64,000 nt of DNA from Clostridia bacterium (GTDB taxonomy: Bacteria > Bacillota > Clostridia > CAKSNL01 > HGM11501), in contig JAZQAZ010000044.1 of the NCBI GenBank assembly GCA_045545475.1, positions 19,467 to 83,466 of the forward strand, given 5' to 3'. Made by a program: the position numbers and the translations under genes. The notes beneath the pieces were generated by a model. That model was not told the DNA's origin. It ran no database searches and saw nothing but the letters and a program-made list of their open reading frames with translations. Of the stretch, positions 9,586-18,900 are shown one piece after another (positions within the stretch are counted from its first letter, which is position 1; each line of letters starts with the position of its first letter).

Positions 9586-12414
9586 TTAAAGATATTTTTT
9601 AAGATACTCTCCGGTAACGGAGGCCTTGTTTTCCGCCACCTGCTCGGGCGTTCCCTCGGCAACGATTCTGCCGCCGTTGTTTCCGCCCTCGGGACCCAAA
9701 TCAATTATATGGTCGGAAACCTTTATTACATCAAGATTATGCTCGATTACAATAACCGTATTTCCCGCATCGGTAAGGCGCTGCAATACCTCAATAAGCC
9801 TGTGAACATCCGCCGTGTGAAGACCTGTTGTGGGCTCATCAAGAATATATACGGTTTTACCCGTAGGACGCTTTGAAAGCTCCGTCGAAAGCTTTACACG
9901 CTGTGCCTCACCGCCCGAAAGCGTGGTGGAGGACTGACCGATTTTGATATAACCTAGTCCCACATCGTAAAGAGTCTGAAGCTTTCTCTTTATTTTAGGA
10001 ATATTTTCAAAGAAGGAAAGCCCTTCTTCAACGCTCATTTCCAATACTTCGTATATGTTTTTGCCCTTATATCGCACCTCTAATGTTTCCCTGCTGTATC
10101 TTTTTCCTCCGCATACCTCGCAGGGCACATAGATGTCTGACAAAAAGTGCATTTCGATTTTCAAGATACCGTCACCCGAGCAGGCTTCGCATCTTCCGCC
10201 CTTTACGTTGAAGCTGAAACGGCCTGCACCGTAGCCCCTTGCCTTCGCCTCGTTGGTGGATGCAAAAAGCTCCCTTATATCGCCGAACACGCCCGTGTAT
10301 GTCGCAGGGTTGGAGCGAGGTGTTCTTCCGATGGGCGACTGGTCAATATTTATAACCTTGTCAAGGTATTCAATGCCCTTTATCTCCTTATGGCGACCGG
10401 GCATTTCCTTGGTTGCACCATTAAGTGCACGGGCAAGGCTCTTTTGAAGAATTTCGTTTACCAATGTGGATTTACCGCTGCCCGAAACCCCGGTTACCGA
10501 AGTAAGCTTGCCAAGGGGGAACTTTACATTTATGTTTTTAAGGTTGTTTTCCCTTGCTCCAAGTACCTCAAGATATTTTCCGTTGCCCTTTCTTCGCTCG
10601 GAAGGTACCTCGATTTTCTTTCGACCGGAAAGATAGTCACCGGTAATGGATTCCTTACATTTTTCAATGTCTGAAACACTTCCCTCGGCAACAACCAAAC
10701 CGCCGTGAATACCTGCACCGGGGCCAATATCCACGATATGGTCAGCCTCACGCATGGTCTCCTCATCATGCTCAACCACAATTAATGTATTTCCCATATC
10801 ACGAAGGTTTTTAAGTGCCGCAATAAGCCTTCCGTTATCGCGCTGATGAAGACCAATTGAAGGCTCGTCAAGGATATATAAAACTCCCGTAAGACCGGAG
10901 CCGATCTGTGTTGCAAGACGGATTCTCTGTGCCTCACCTCCCGAAAGAGTTGCAGAAGCACGGCTTAATGTAAGATAGTCAAGACCTACCTCAATCAAGA
11001 ATCCAAGTCTTGCATCAATCTCTCTTAAAATAGGTGCAGAAATTGCCTTATCCTTTTCGCCAAAGGTTATTTCTTTAAGGAAGTCCCTGGATTCGCCGAT
11101 GGATTTATCCGTAAGCTCGTGGATATTTATACCGCCGACGGTAACCGCGAGGGCCTCCTTTTTAAGACGCTTGCCTCTGCAGCAGCTGCAATCGCTCTGA
11201 CTCATACGAAGCTCGTAATAGTACTTCATAAATTCGGAATTTGTTTCGGCATAGCGACGCTCCATACAGGGGATAATTCCCTCATAGGGCTTGTCATAAA
11301 TCTGCTCCGTACGGCTGTCTCTTCCCTTGTAGCGGATTTCGATCTTTTCGTCTCCGCTTCCGTAAAAGAGTATTTCTCTAGCCTCATCGGAAAGCTCCTT
11401 TATAGGAACGTGTAAATCAAAGCCGTACTTTCTTTCAAGTCCGTCATAAACGCTTTCAATCATTCCGCCGGCAACGCTTCCGTCCCAGCCGAGAAGATCA
11501 ATTCCACCGTTATAGACGGATAAATTCCAGTCGGTTATAACCCTGTCAGGGTCCATTTTCATAATAAACCCGAGACCTGCACATTCGGGGCAGGCACCAA
11601 AAGGGCTGTTGAAGGAAAAGAGCCTCGGTTCAAGCTCCTCAAGGCTTATTCCGCACTCGTGGCAGGCATAGTTTCTGCTGTAGGTATAGATTTCCCCGTC
11701 GGTCGTCAAAACATTTACAAGACCGCCCGACATATTAAGTGCAGTCTCCAAAGACTCTGCAAGACGGGCGTTCATATCGCTCTTAACGGAAAGACGGTCA
11801 ACCACGATTTCGATATTGTGCTTTTTCTTTTTATCAAGCTTTATTTCCTCATCCAAAAGCCTTACTTCACCGTCAACATAAACTCTTACATAGCCGTTTT
11901 TTCTGGCATCTTCAAAAAGCTTCTGATGCTCGCCCTTCTTGCCTCTTATAACAGGGCTTAAAATCATAAGCTTTGTGCCTTCGGGAAATGCTTTTACGCT
12001 GTCGGTTATCTGATCCACCGTCTGCATTTTTATTTCCTTGCCGCATTCGGGACAGTGGGGAACGCCTACCCTCGCATACAAAAGACGGAGATAGTCGTAA
12101 ATTTCCGTAACGGTACCCACGGTGGAGCGGGGGTTTTTGCTGGTGGTTTTCTGATCAATCGATATGGCGGGAGAAAGACCGCCGATAAAGTCCACATCCG
12201 GTTTTTGCATCTGCCCCAAAAACTGACGGGCATAGGAAGAAAGCGACTCAACATATCGCCTCTGTCCTTCTGCATATATGGTATCAAAGGCAAGAGAGCT
12301 TTTTCCCGAGCCGGAAAGTCCTGTAAAAACAATCAGCTTGTCTCTCGGAATTGTAATGTCAATCCCCTTTAAGTTGTTCTCCCTTGCACCCTTTATAATT
12401 ATTTCACTCTTCAT
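9586..12414 (-). CDS. uvrA: excinuclease ABC subunit A
   Basis: Two ABC cassettes ([24 protein letters not shown] twice) and zinc fingers. Confidence 0.98.
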   Translation of the reverse strand: MKSEIIIKGARENNLKGIDITIPRDKLIVFTGLSGSGKSSLAFDTIYAEGQRRYVESLSSYARQFLGQMQKPDVDFIGGLSPAISIDQKTTSKNPRSTVGTVTEIYDYLRLLYARVGVPHCPECGKEIKMQTVDQITDSVKAFPEGTKLMILSPVIRGKKGEHQKLFEDARKNGYVRVYVDGEVRLLDEEIKLDKKKKHNIEIVVDRLSVKSDMNARLAESLETALNMSGGLVNVLTTDGEIYTYSRNYACHECGISLEELEPRLFSFNSPFGACPECAGLGFIMKMDPDRVITDWNLSVYNGGIDLLGWDGSVAGGMIESVYDGLERKYGFDLHVPIKELSDEAREILFYGSGDEKIEIRYKGRDSRTEQIYDKPYEGIIPCMERRYAETNSEFMKYYYELRMSQSDCSCCRGKRLKKEALAVTVGGINIHELTDKSIGESRDFLKEITFGEKDKAISAPILREIDARLGFLIEVGLDYLTLSRASATLSGGEAQRIRLATQIGSGLTGVLYILDEPSIGLHQRDNGRLIAALKNLRDMGNTLIVVEHDEETMREADHIVDIGPGAGIHGGLVVAEGSVSDIEKCKESITGDYLSGRKKIEVPSERRKGNGKYLEVLGARENNLKNINVKFPLGKLTSVTGVSGSGKSTLVNEILQKSLARALNGATKEMPGRHKEIKGIEYLDKVINIDQSPIGRTPRSNPATYTGVFGDIRELFASTNEAKARGYGAGRFSFNVKGGRCEACSGDGILKIEMHFLSDIYVPCEVCGGKRYSRETLEVRYKGKNIYEVLEMSVEEGLSFFENIPKIKRKLQTLYDVGLGYIKIGQSSTTLSGGEAQRVKLSTELSKRPTGKTVYILDEPTTGLHTADVHRLIEVLQRLTDAGNTVIVIEHNLDVIKVSDHIIDLGPEGGNNGGRIVAEGTPEQVAENKASVTGEYLKKYL

Positions 12415-14365
12415 CTTCGATTTCACTCCGTATTCTCATAAGCTTATCACGGATTTTAGCCGCATCTTCAAATCGAAGCTGGCTTGCAGCCTCCTTCATT
12501 TCAGCTTCAAGCTGCTCCAAAATTTCCTTACCCGACCTTGCTTTGCCCTTTTTCTTTTCTTCCTTTTCCAGAACCTTTATAACCTCACGCACTGACTTAG
12601 ATACGGTCTTTGGAGTTATGCCGTGTTCCTTATTAAAGTCGGACTGAATTTTTCTTCTTCGCTCAGTTTCGTCAATGGCATATTTCATAGCGTCGGTTAT
12701 TCTGTCGGCATACATTATTACCTTGCCTTCGGCATTTCTTGCTGCACGGCCAATGGTCTGAATAAGGGATGTTCCGCTTCTGAGGAAGCCTTCCTTATCG
12801 GCATCAAGTATGGCAATCAGCGAAACCTCGGGAAGGTCAAGACCTTCTCTGAGTAAGTTTATTCCCACAAGTACGTCGAAAACTCCAAGACGCAAATCTC
12901 TTATAATTTCCATACGCTCTAACGTTTCAACCTCGCTGTGCATATAGCGGACGCGGATTCCAAGGCTTTGCATATGATCGGTAAGTGCCTCTGCCATTTT
13001 CTTGGTAAGGGTTGTAACAAGCACCCTTTCCCCTTTTTCGGTACGGATATTAACCTCGCTCACAAGGTCATCAATCTGCCCTTCTGTGGGACGGACGAAA
13101 ATTTCAGGATCAAGAAGCCCCGTAGGTCGTATAACCTGCTCTGCAACTTTGGAAGAATTATCATATTCATACTGTGCAGGTGTCGCAGAAACGAACAATA
13201 CCTGATTCAATCTCTCTTCAAACTCTTTAAATGTCAAAGGACGGTTATCGTAAGCACTGGGAAGGCGGAAGCCATATTCCACCAGATTATCCTTTCGTGA
13301 ACGGTCCCCCGCATACATCGCCCTGACCTGTGGAATTGTAACGTGTGATTCGTCAATAACAAGCAAAAAGTCCTTCGGAAAATAATCAATTAAAGTATAA
13401 GGTGCACTACCCTCACTTCTTCCGCTAATGTGACGGGAATAGTTTTCTATACCTTGACAAAAACCCACTTCTTTAAGCATTTCTATATCGTAGTCAGTCC
13501 TCTGCTTAAGTCGCTGTGCCTCTAAAAGTTTACCTTCCGATTCAAAATATTTAAGTCTGTCAGCAAGTTCTCTTTCAATGCCGGATATAGCACGAAGGAG
13601 CTTGTCCTTATTTGTTACATAATGCGATGCAGGATAAATTGCCACGTGATTTCTTGTGCCTAAAACTTCTCCGGTAACGGTGTTTATTTCACATATTCTG
13701 TCAATTTCGTCATCAAAAAATTCAATTCTTATTGCCTTTTCATTTTCGCTTGAAGGGAAAACCTCAAGCACATCTCCATGGGCACGGAACTTATTTCTCG
13801 TAAAGTTTATATCGTTCCTCTCATACTGCATCTCAACAAGCTTTTTTATTATCTCGTCTCTTTCCATAACCATACCGGGGCGAAGGGATATAACCATCCC
13901 CTGATAGTCCTCCGGGTCACCGAGGCCGTAAATACAGGAAACGCTGGCAACAACAATTACGTCTCTCCGCTCAAAAAGTGCCATTGTCGCACTGTGTCGA
14001 AGCTTGTCAATGTCATCATTTATAGAGGCATCCTTTTCTATATAGGTATCGCTCTGAGGCACATAGGCCTCGGGCTGATAATAGTCGTAATAGGACACGA
14101 AAAACTCAACGGCATTGTCCGGAAAAAATTCCTTGAACTCGGAGCAAAGCTGTGCCGCCAGGGTTTTATTGTGAGCCAGCACCAATGTCGGCTTATTCAC
14201 TTTTTCTATTACCTTGGCAACGGTGTACGTTTTACCCGAGCCCGTTACGCCCAGCAAAATCTGACCTTTTTCGCCGTTTTCAATACCTTCGGCTAATTTT
14301 TCTATTGCCTGTCCCTGGTCTCCCGCAGGATTGAATTTTGAACGCAAAATAAACTTATCCGGCAT
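12404..14365 (-). CDS. uvrB: excinuclease ABC subunit B
   Basis: [31 protein letters not shown]-terminal UVR domain. Confidence 0.98.
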   Translation of the reverse strand: MPDKFILRSKFNPAGDQGQAIEKLAEGIENGEKGQILLGVTGSGKTYTVAKVIEKVNKPTLVLAHNKTLAAQLCSEFKEFFPDNAVEFFVSYYDYYQPEAYVPQSDTYIEKDASINDDIDKLRHSATMALFERRDVIVVASVSCIYGLGDPEDYQGMVISLRPGMVMERDEIIKKLVEMQYERNDINFTRNKFRAHGDVLEVFPSSENEKAIRIEFFDDEIDRICEINTVTGEVLGTRNHVAIYPASHYVTNKDKLLRAISGIERELADRLKYFESEGKLLEAQRLKQRTDYDIEMLKEVGFCQGIENYSRHISGRSEGSAPYTLIDYFPKDFLLVIDESHVTIPQVRAMYAGDRSRKDNLVEYGFRLPSAYDNRPLTFKEFEERLNQVLFVSATPAQYEYDNSSKVAEQVIRPTGLLDPEIFVRPTEGQIDDLVSEVNIRTEKGERVLVTTLTKKMAEALTDHMQSLGIRVRYMHSEVETLERMEIIRDLRLGVFDVLVGINLLREGLDLPEVSLIAILDADKEGFLRSGTSLIQTIGRAARNAEGKVIMYADRITDAMKYAIDETERRRKIQSDFNKEHGITPKTVSKSVREVIKVLEKEEKKKGKARSGKEILEQLEAEMKEAASQLRFEDAAKIRDKLMRIRSEIEDEE

Positions 14366-14405
14366 ATCCTCACTCCCTTGCCCTTAAATATAACTATATT
14401 TATAT

Positions 14406-14448
14406 ATTATACCACATTAAGAATAATAAGTAAATAGAACAATCGTTA
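14406..14448 (-). promoter_or_regulatory. uvrBA promoter with adjacent LexA (Cheo) box-like site
   Basis: TTTACT (14429-14434)-17 bp-TATAAT (14406-14411) with extended TG. GAAC-AATC-GTTA at 14437-14448 is one mismatch from GAAC-N4-GTTC. Confidence 0.6.
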
Positions 14449-14484
14449 GTTTTTCGGGTATTTTCTTAAACTCCGTAATGTTCT

Positions 14485-14555
14485 TTATTTTTCGCTTACA
14501 GTGCGTAAAAAATGCAGACATACGGCGGTATGTCTACATTTTTTGTAACTTTTCT
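14485..14555. repeat. dispersed palindromic (REP-like) repeat, copy 1
   Basis: Aligns with 63675-63744; hairpin AAAAAATGCAGACATAC-GGCG-GTATGTCTACATTTTTT. Confidence 0.75.
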
Positions 14556-14585
14556 GAAATTTATTTCCCGGGAAATTCATAATTA

Positions 14586-15242
14586 TCATTTACGCTTGTT
14601 ATACTTACAAAACCTCATACATATTCCGCAGACAGCTCCTCTGCCGATGTCCTTGAAGTGGTCTTTCATATAGTGGCTGCAAAGCTCCGCATCAAAAAAG
14701 TCTGTAAAATTAATGCCCTTTTCCCAGGTTTTTCCGCTGATGGCTCCGGAGGGACACATTTTTTTGCATATAGTGCAATCTTTGCATCCATCCTCATATG
14801 CATGTTCTTCGGCAGGAAGAGGCATATCTGTAAATACTGTTGCAAGACGAACCAAAGGTCCTGTTTCCCGGGAAATAAAAAGTGCACTTTTTCCTATCCA
14901 TCCAAGGCCTGCATCTACTGCAGCCTTCTTATGAGAGAAAAGACCTTTTGTCCCTTCTATGCTTTGCGATGCAGGAATATTTGCTCCGTTATAGCCGCCC
15001 TTTTCAAGCTCTATCACGGCAGATAATGCCATCTGGTCCAGGCGGGTATTCACCGTTCTGTAATGGTGAAAATAAGTTTTGGATGGGCCGCTTTCCGAAA
15101 TCGTGTCAACTATGGCAGAGGATAATTTTATTCCGAATGTAATGCAATAATTAAGTCCGTGAAAAGGCGTATCCTCCTGATAGGAACACCCCACAAAACA
15201 GGCTCCGTCCGAAAGCAATTTTTCTTTTATTTTTTCGTACAT
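14586..15242 (-). CDS. short QueG-like 2x[4Fe-4S] protein
   Basis: HKKAAVDAGLGWIGKS, GPLVRLATVFTD, CKDCTICKKMCPSG, C...CGICMRFC. Confidence 0.8.
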   Translation of the reverse strand: MYEKIKEKLLSDGACFVGCSYQEDTPFHGLNYCITFGIKLSSAIVDTISESGPSKTYFHHYRTVNTRLDQMALSAVIELEKGGYNGANIPASQSIEGTKGLFSHKKAAVDAGLGWIGKSALFISRETGPLVRLATVFTDMPLPAEEHAYEDGCKDCTICKKMCPSGAISGKTWEKGINFTDFFDAELCSHYMKDHFKDIGRGAVCGICMRFCKYNKRK

Positions 15243-15259
15243 ATTTTTGCAACTCCTTC

Positions 15260-15288
15260 TTGCAAAAGCAAAAAAAATGTGTTATAAT
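15260..15288 (+). promoter_or_regulatory. sigma-A promoter
   Basis: TTGCAA-17 bp-TATAAT with an extended TG. Confidence 0.65.
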
Positions 15289-15335
15289 ACTTTTTAAATC
15301 GTTATTTTTCAGTCAAACTTTTAAAGGGTGATAAA

Positions 15336-15854
15336 ATGTCAGGCTATTTTTTCAATAATTCAGTTGACTTAAAACTCATTATACTATTTATTGCACAAAA
15401 TTTCAAGCGTCCTGTTACAATTTCGGATATTTACGATATAATTATCTCCAGAGGTTATGCCGAATACTTTGAAATGGCAGAGTCTTTTTCCGAGCTTGAG
15501 GAATCAGGTCTTATAAAACCGGCAAGCCGCAAAGGAACCTTTATGGTAACGGAAAAGGGCATTTCCACCTTAAAGCTTTTACTTAAGGAGTTGCCGTTCA
15601 CCGTAAGAGAGGCACTTATCGAAGCTATTAAATATGCACGTCGCAAGGAAACAGAGGCACATTCTTTAACAGCCGAATATAAAGAAAACAAAACAGGAGG
15701 CTTCGACGTGTTTTGCGAAATCACTGAGGCAGGATTTCATCTTTTCTCCATGTCTGTAACACTTCCCACCCACGATGACGCAATGCGTGCCACAGCAAGT
15801 TTCAAAAAAAACGCAGAGCAGATTTATGCCGAAATCATAAAAAAACTTTCATGA
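15336..15854 (+). CDS. DUF4364 family winged-helix protein
   Basis: KLIILF...YFE...L.ESGLI...VTEKG...LP pattern and C-terminal FKKNAEQIY, typical of this clostridial family. Confidence 0.7.
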   Translation: MSGYFFNNSVDLKLIILFIAQNFKRPVTISDIYDIIISRGYAEYFEMAESFSELEESGLIKPASRKGTFMVTEKGISTLKLLLKELPFTVREALIEAIKYARRKETEAHSLTAEYKENKTGGFDVFCEITEAGFHLFSMSVTLPTHDDAMRATASFKKNAEQIYAEIIKKLS

Positions 15855-15882
15855 ACATACATTAATCTATTACAGTTTCACA

Positions 15883-15920
15883 TTGACTCTGTTAATTTTT
15901 AGTACTATAATAGTACTATT
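15883..15920 (+). promoter_or_regulatory. serC promoter with overlapping palindromic operator-like site
   Basis: TTGACT-17 bp-TATAAT (15906-15911); TAGTACTA occurs at 15900-15907 and 15911-15918. Confidence 0.65.
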
Positions 15921-15959
15921 AAAATAAATTTAAAAACATTTATTGGAGGTATTCAAGTT

Positions 15960-17042
15960 ATGGATAGAGTTTACAATTTTTCAGCCGGTCCTTCCATGCT
16001 TCCTGTTTCCGTATTGGAAAAGGCAGCAAGCCAGATGCTCAACTATGAAGGCACCGGACAGAGCGTTATGGAAATGAGCCACCGCTCCAAGGAATATGCA
16101 CCCATCATTGAAGGTGCAGAAGCACTCCTTCGTGAGGTGATGGAAATTCCCGATAACTACAAAGTAATGTTCCTTCAGGGCGGTGCGTCCAGCCAGTTCA
16201 CCATGGTTCCCATGAACCTTGGTAATAAAAACAAGAAGGCAGATTATGTTATCACAGGCCAGTGGGCAAAGAAGGCTTATGCAGAAGGTAAGCGTTATCT
16301 TGCAGCAAGAGAAGTTGCATCCAGTGCGGATAAAACCTTCTCTTATATTCCCGCTCTTACAAAGGATATGTTCGATCCTGAAGCTGACTTTGTACATATC
16401 TGTATGAACAACACAATTTACGGTACACGTTATGTCGATATTCCCGACACAGGTAACGTTCCCCTTGTTGGTGACATTTCTTCCATGATTCTTTCACAGA
16501 AGATTGACGTTACAAAGTTTGGTCTCCTTTATGCAGGTGCACAGAAGAACGTTGCTCCCGCAGGTCTTACCATCGTAATCGCAAGAGATGACCTTTTGGG
16601 AAATGCTATGGAACAAACTCCTACCATGTTTAACTACGTTACACATACAGAAAACGGTTCCATGTTCAACACTCCCCCCTGCTACAATATCTATATCTGC
16701 AAGCTCGTTCTTGAATGGATCCGTGACATGGGTGGCGTTTCAGTTATGCAGCAGGTAAACGAAGAAAAGGCAAAGCTTTTCTACGATTATCTTGATTCTT
16801 CTTCCCTCTTCAAGGGAACAGTTGAGGCTAAGGACCGTTCTCTCATGAACATTCCTTTTGTAACAGGCAACGAAGAGCTTGACGCTAAGTTTGTTTCCGA
16901 ATCCAAGAAGGCAGGCTTCGTAAACCTTAAGGGCCATCGTTCTGTTGGCGGTATGCGCGCAAGCATCTACAATGCTATGCCCAAGGAAGGCGTAGTTGCA
17001 TTAATCGACTTCATGAAGAAATTTGAAAGCGAAAACAAATAA
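15960..17042 (+). CDS. serC: phosphoserine aminotransferase
   Basis: YNFSAGPS, MEMSHR, GAQKN (PLP lysine), NTPP, GHRSVGGMRASIYNA. Confidence 0.97.
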   Translation: MDRVYNFSAGPSMLPVSVLEKAASQMLNYEGTGQSVMEMSHRSKEYAPIIEGAEALLREVMEIPDNYKVMFLQGGASSQFTMVPMNLGNKNKKADYVITGQWAKKAYAEGKRYLAAREVASSADKTFSYIPALTKDMFDPEADFVHICMNNTIYGTRYVDIPDTGNVPLVGDISSMILSQKIDVTKFGLLYAGAQKNVAPAGLTIVIARDDLLGNAMEQTPTMFNYVTHTENGSMFNTPPCYNIYICKLVLEWIRDMGGVSVMQQVNEEKAKLFYDYLDSSSLFKGTVEAKDRSLMNIPFVTGNEELDAKFVSESKKAGFVNLKGHRSVGGMRASIYNAMPKEGVVALIDFMKKFESENK

Positions 17043-17068
17043 TCGCTTTGTGAAAGGACTTATGCTTT

Positions 17069-18229
17069 ATGTTTAATATTTTAACACTTAATAAAATTGC
17101 CGCTTGCGGACTTAAGAACTTCGGAGATAACTATACAGTTTCCGATGCTTGTGAGAATCCCGACGGTATTATCCTTCGTAGCTTCAAAATGCACGATATG
17201 CCTCTTCCTGCTTCCTTAAAAGCTGTTGCAAGAGCCGGTGCAGGCGTAAACAACATTCCGATTGATAAGTGTACAGATGCCGGAATCGTTGTATTCAACA
17301 CTCCCGGTGCTAATGCAAACGCAGTTAAAGAACTCGTTATCGGTGCACTCTTTTTAGCATCCCGTGATGTTGTGGGCGGCATCGAATGGGCAAAGACATT
17401 AATCGGCGAAGGTGACAATGTTCCCGCACTCGTTGAAAAGGGCAAGGGCAATTTCGCAGGTAACGAAATCACAGGTAAGACCTTAAGCGTTATCGGTCTT
17501 GGTGCAATCGGTGCAATGGTTGCAAACGCTGCACACAGACTCGGTATGCACGTTGTAGGATACGATCCTTTCTTATCCGTTAACTCTGCACTTCACTTAG
17601 ACCCCAGAGTTGAGGTTGCTCCCACACTCGAGGCTGCAGTATCCGATGCTGACTATGTGACAATCCATATGCCCCTTAATGATTCCACAAAGGGTATCTT
17701 CAATTCCGACCTTTTCAAGTGCATGAAGAACGGAGTAAGACTTCTTAACTTTGCACGTGGTGAGCTTGTTGATACAGAATCCTTAAGCTTTGCAATCGGT
17801 AGCGGCACAATAAAGACTTATATCACAGACTTCCCCAATGAGGAAGTGCTTCAGATGAAAAACACAGTATGCATCCCCCACCTTGGTGCTTCCAGCGAAG
17901 AGTCTGAGGATAACTGTGCTATTATGGCGAGCAAGGAGCTTGTAAACTACTTGGAGAGCGGTAACATAGCAAACTCCGTAAACCTTCCTAATTGTGAGCT
18001 TCCCTTGACCGGACTTCCCAGAATCACAATTATTCACAAGAATGTTCCTGCAATGATAAGTACCTTTACAACAATCTTAAGTGATGCAGGCCTTAATATT
18101 GAAAATATCATTAACAAGAGCAAGAAGGACATTGCTTATACAATGATCGAATCAAGTGTTGCACCCACAGAAGAGCTTATAAAGAAAATCGAAGCAACAG
18201 AGGGAGTTATTAAGGTAAGAGTCCTCTAA
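17069..18229 (+). CDS. serA: D-3-phosphoglycerate dehydrogenase with ACT domain
   Basis: RAGAGVNNI, GLGAIG, NFARG, PHLGAS, C-terminal ACT domain; directly after serC. Confidence 0.93.
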   Translation: MFNILTLNKIAACGLKNFGDNYTVSDACENPDGIILRSFKMHDMPLPASLKAVARAGAGVNNIPIDKCTDAGIVVFNTPGANANAVKELVIGALFLASRDVVGGIEWAKTLIGEGDNVPALVEKGKGNFAGNEITGKTLSVIGLGAIGAMVANAAHRLGMHVVGYDPFLSVNSALHLDPRVEVAPTLEAAVSDADYVTIHMPLNDSTKGIFNSDLFKCMKNGVRLLNFARGELVDTESLSFAIGSGTIKTYITDFPNEEVLQMKNTVCIPHLGASSEESEDNCAIMASKELVNYLESGNIANSVNLPNCELPLTGLPRITIIHKNVPAMISTFTTILSDAGLNIENIINKSKKDIAYTMIESSVAPTEELIKKIEATEGVIKVRVL

Positions 18230-18240
18230 TAAAAGCATCG

Positions 18241-18270
18241 AAGGCGGTGGGCTTATCCCACCGCCTTTTT
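18241..18270 (+). terminator. intrinsic terminator of serC-serA
   Basis: AAGGCGGTGGG-CTTAT-CCCACCGCCTT followed by TTT. Confidence 0.85.
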
Positions 18271-18321
18271 CAATCCCCCAAATTTTGTCGAAAAGAATTT
18301 AAACTTTTTTTCAAAAAAGAC

Positions 18322-18350
18322 TTTACAAATGCCAATTTTTGTGCTATACT
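18322..18350 (+). promoter_or_regulatory. tRNA promoter
   Basis: TTTACA-17 bp-TATACT with an extended TG. Confidence 0.7.
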
Positions 18351-18381
18351 TAATAAGTCGTCAGTGATACGGCATAAATAT

Positions 18382-18459
<78 letters not shown>

Positions 18460-18461
18460 GA

Positions 18462-18497
18462 AAAAAAGTTCTTGGTCTTTTGACCAAGGGCTTTTTT
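18462..18497 (+). terminator. terminator after the tRNA
   Basis: AAAAAAGTTCTTGGTC-TTTT-GACCAAGGGCTTTTTT. Confidence 0.75.
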
Positions 18498-18682
18498 CGT
18501 TGTGTGTGATATTTCACTTTGATCTCTGTCGGGTTTTGAGACCGACGAGCTTGCTCGTTGGGTTAGCGAAGCAAAAACGATTGAGTATCGTTTTTGCAAG
18601 CGGTGTCCATCAAAGCACGATTTTTCGAGCCTAGTGTACCGAGGCGATGAAAAAGAGATGCGACATGGACCGGTGCGAAGCG

Positions 18683-18752
18683 ATAACCCGGAGGTCGCGT
18701 GGCTTCGGCATTTTTTATAAAAAATGCCTATGTCCCGCCTCCGCAACCAGAA
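18683..18752 (+). repeat. copy of the tRNA-Met 3' half with the T-loop replaced by a palindrome
   Basis: 18683-18702 is identical to 18417-18436 and 18733-18752 is identical to 18443-18462; a 30-nt insert lies between them. Confidence 0.9.
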
Positions 18753-18756
18753 CACG

Positions 18757-18788
18757 AAAAAGCAATCTCGCAAGGGATTGCTTTTTTT
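18757..18788 (+). terminator. terminator-like hairpin after the first tRNA-derived repeat
   Basis: AAAAAGCAATCTC-GCAA-GGGATTGCTTTTTTT. Confidence 0.7.
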
Positions 18789-18806
18789 GTGTTTACAGTA
18801 GATGAA

Positions 18807-18861
18807 GGGATTTGAACTTGTCGTAAGCATTTTCTTTTGAAAATGCTTATGTCCCGCCTCC
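18807..18861 (+). repeat. second, shorter tRNA-derived repeat unit
   Basis: GGGATTTGAAC (antisense to the T-arm), hairpin TAAGCATTTTC-TTTT-GAAAATGCTTA, then TG-TCCCGCCTCC matching the tRNA 3' segment. Confidence 0.8.
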
Positions 18862-18867
18862 TTTCAC

Positions 18868-18900
18868 AAAAAAAGAACAGTCTTAAGACTGTTCTTTTTT
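18868..18900. terminator. bidirectional terminator
   Basis: AAAAAAGAACAGTC-TTAA-GACTGTTCTTTTTT at the 3' end of the kinase gene. Confidence 0.8.

Noticed and set aside
9552-9704. N-terminal extension of the hydrolase ORF overlapping uvrA
   Set aside because: A good RBS and ATG exist at 9551; the extension is just an open alternative frame of uvrA.
14563-14876. Recurring TTTCCCGGGAAA palindrome (also near 5938 and 62259)
   Set aside because: Short, and found both inside coding sequence and between genes with no consistent position; chance cannot be excluded.
18231-18243. AAAAGCATCGAAG shared with the terminator arm at 57166-57178
   Set aside because: Only 13 bp, A-rich, and the complementary arm is missing here.
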